Shown one piece after another: positions 61,854 through 64,000 of a DNA stretch of 64,000 bases. A model generated the notes under the pieces. It was not told the origin of the DNA, searched no databases, and worked only from the letters and a program-made list of their open reading frames with translations. The stretch's first letter is position 1. Each line of letters starts with the position of its first letter. The stretch comes from an uncultured virus (IMG/VR IMGVR_UViG_3300046314_000297) (taxonomy: Duplodnaviria; Heunggongvirae; Uroviricota; Caudoviricetes). Made by a program: the position numbers and the translations under genes. The stretch is taken from the IMG/VR virus record IMGVR_UViG_3300046314_000297; one strand, given 5' to 3'.

Positions 61854-63940
61854 ATGCAATGTTGAATCTTTACGATGATGAAGGAAAGATTCAGTTTGGT
61901 AAAGATAAAGAGGCAGCACGCGCTTACTTTCTGGACCACGTAAACCAGAATATGGTATGGTTCCATAACATCGAAGAGAAGTTGACCTACCTAGTAGACA
62001 ATGACTACTACGAAAAGGAGGTCCTAGACCAGTACTCACCTGAGTTCATCAAGTCTGCTTTCCAGGCTGCGTATGCCCACAAGTTCCGCTTTGAGGCATT
62101 CCTTGGTGCATACAAGTTCTACACCTCATATGCTCTTAAGACTTTCGAAGGTGACCGCTACCTAGAGCGGTTTGAGGACCGCGTTGTTATGAATGCCCTT
62201 GCTCTTGCACGTGGTGACGAGGAGCAGGTTCTAAACCTGATTGACGAGATCATCTCTGGTCGTTTCCAGCCAGCAACTCCAACCTTCTTGAACTCAGGTA
62301 AGAAGCAGCGCGGTGAGTTCGTCTCGTGCTTCCTTCTTCGTATTGAAGACAACATGGAATCTATCTCTCGTGGCATCAACTCAGCTCTGCAGCTCTCGAA
62401 GCGTGGTGGCGGTGTTGCTCTGAACCTGAGCAACCTACGTGAGTTTGGTGCTCCAATCAAGAAGATTGAGAACCAGAGCTCGGGCATCATCCCAGTGATG
62501 AAGCTTCTTGAAGACTCATTCTCGTACGCGAACCAGCTTGGTGCACGTCAGGGTGCTGGTGCTGTCTACTTGAATGCTCACCACCCGGACATCCTCCGTT
62601 TTCTAGACACCAAGCGTGAGAACGCCGATGAGAAGACTCGTATCAAGACTTTGTCTATTGGTGTGGTTATCCCAGATGTGACTCTTGAGTTAGCTAAGAC
62701 TAACGAAGACATGTACCTTTTCTCTCCTTATGACGTAGAGCGCGTGTACGGCGTACCTTTTGGGGACATCTCAGTCACTGAGAAGTACCAGGAGATGGTT
62801 GATGATGCTCGCATCAAGAAGACCAAGATCAAGGCTCGTGTTTTGTTTGAGCGTATTGCTGAACTTCAGTTTGAGTCTGGCTACCCATACATCATGTACG
62901 AAGACACCGTAAACGCTGCTAACCCTGTAGAGGGTCGCATCAACATGTCGAACCTCTGTTCAGAGATTCTTCAGGTAAACACCCCGTCTACCTTTAAGGC
63001 AAACCTTGACTATGACGAGATTGGTAGCGACATCAGCTGTAACCTTGCATCTCTAAACATTGCTAAGGCTATGGAGTCCAAGGACTTTGGTATGACTATA
63101 ACTACTGCTATCCGTGCTCTAACTGCTGTCTCGGACCTCAGCTACATCGACTCGGTGCCTTCTATTGCTGAAGGTAACAAGCGTGCTCACGCAATTGGTC
63201 TTGGCCAGATGAACCTCCATGGCTACTTGGGCAAGGAGCGTATTCACTATGGTTCAGAAGAAGGCATCGACTTCACCAACATCTACTTCTACACTGTTCT
63301 GTTCCACGCGCTAGTTGCCTCTAACGAGCTGGCTATCGAGCGTAAGGAGACTTTCGTAAACTTCGAGAAGTCTAAGTACGCTGACGGTTCATTCTTTGAT
63401 AAGTATGTAAACCAGGAGTGGAAGCCAGCAACTGCACGTGTTGCTGAGTTGTTCGCAAATGCCGGTATTGCAATTCCTAACCAGCAGGACTGGGAAGTTC
63501 TTCGTGAGTCAGTAATGGAGCACGGGATCTACAACCAGAACCTTCAGGCAGTTCCGCCTACCGGTTCGATCTCATACATCAATAATTCGACTTCAAGCAT
63601 CCACCCAATTGCTTCGAAGATTGAGATCCGTAAGGAAGGCAAGCTAGGTCGCGTTTACTACCCAGCCCCTTACTTGACCAATGACAACATGGAGTTCTTT
63701 GAGGACGCCTATGAGATCGGCCCAGACAAGATCATTGATACCTATGCTGCTGCAACTCAGCACGTTGACCAGGGTTTGTCGTTGACACTATTCTTCAAGG
63801 ACACCGCAACCACTCGCGATGTCAACCGTGCGCAGATTTACGCATGGAAGAAGGGTATCAAGACCATTTACTACATCCGTATCCGTCAGATGGCACTCGA
63901 TGGTACCGACATCGAGGGCTGCGTCAGCTGCATGCTCTGA
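61823..63940 (+). CDS. nrdE: Class Ib ribonucleotide reductase alpha subunit
   Basis: [38 protein letters not shown]-terminal CVSC. Confidence 0.97.
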   Translation: MENKYSYHELNAMLNLYDDEGKIQFGKDKEAARAYFLDHVNQNMVWFHNIEEKLTYLVDNDYYEKEVLDQYSPEFIKSAFQAAYAHKFRFEAFLGAYKFYTSYALKTFEGDRYLERFEDRVVMNALALARGDEEQVLNLIDEIISGRFQPATPTFLNSGKKQRGEFVSCFLLRIEDNMESISRGINSALQLSKRGGGVALNLSNLREFGAPIKKIENQSSGIIPVMKLLEDSFSYANQLGARQGAGAVYLNAHHPDILRFLDTKRENADEKTRIKTLSIGVVIPDVTLELAKTNEDMYLFSPYDVERVYGVPFGDISVTEKYQEMVDDARIKKTKIKARVLFERIAELQFESGYPYIMYEDTVNAANPVEGRINMSNLCSEILQVNTPSTFKANLDYDEIGSDISCNLASLNIAKAMESKDFGMTITTAIRALTAVSDLSYIDSVPSIAEGNKRAHAIGLGQMNLHGYLGKERIHYGSEEGIDFTNIYFYTVLFHALVASNELAIERKETFVNFEKSKYADGSFFDKYVNQEWKPATARVAELFANAGIAIPNQQDWEVLRESVMEHGIYNQNLQAVPPTGSISYINNSTSSIHPIASKIEIRKEGKLGRVYYPAPYLTNDNMEFFEDAYEIGPDKIIDTYAAATQHVDQGLSLTLFFKDTATTRDVNRAQIYAWKKGIKTIYYIRIRQMALDGTDIEGCVSCML

Positions 63941-63945
63941 GTGTG

Positions 63946-63954
63946 TGGTACCAT
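63946..63954 (+). promoter_or_regulatory. Extended -10 TGGTACCAT, leaderless
   Basis: 6 nt upstream of ATG 63961. Confidence 0.55.
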
Positions 63955-63960
63955 AAATTC

Positions 63961-64000
63961 ATGGAAGAAATTTGGAAGTCTGTTTCAGGCTATGAAACTA
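63961..64000 (+). mobile_element. Start of a probable NUMOD4 (HNH) homing endonuclease, 3' truncated
   Basis: MEEIWKSVSGYET matches the NUMOD4 E.WK.(I/V).GYE start; only 13 codons visible. Confidence 0.55.

Overview
64 kb from a large tailed phage, probably lytic and infecting Actinobacteria (WhiB, DUF3039-like gene, class Ib nrdH-nrdI-nrdE, many leaderless genes). Left: end of a tail protein with an S74 chaperone, then a replication/recombination block (PolA, GIY-YIG/NUMOD3 homing endonuclease, RuvC-like, SNF2 helicase, Cas4-like nuclease, Sak4-like ATPase, DUF669 SSB, WhiB), two GT2-TPR glycosyltransferases, a metallophosphoesterase and a primase-polymerase/D5 helicase. The middle ~40 kb (19.4-59.9 kb) is a minus-strand array of about 41 genes, mostly fibre-, adhesin- or decoration-like: G-X-T collagen stalks, ten glycine-rich paralogues, three A-B-C paralogue trios, and Mtd_N, LamG, fibrinogen and FN3 domains. 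They form promoter-led cassettes in which specific C-terminal motifs are repeatedly followed by specific N-terminal motifs of the next gene. A GT60-like transferase and a beta-propeller glyco-enzyme flank the array. Main candidates: a combinatorial, possibly glycosylated fibre-assembly system; a promoter-led rod-like RNA after the primase; a two-state RNA leader before nrdH. All calls rest on motif recognition by eye; no searches were run.
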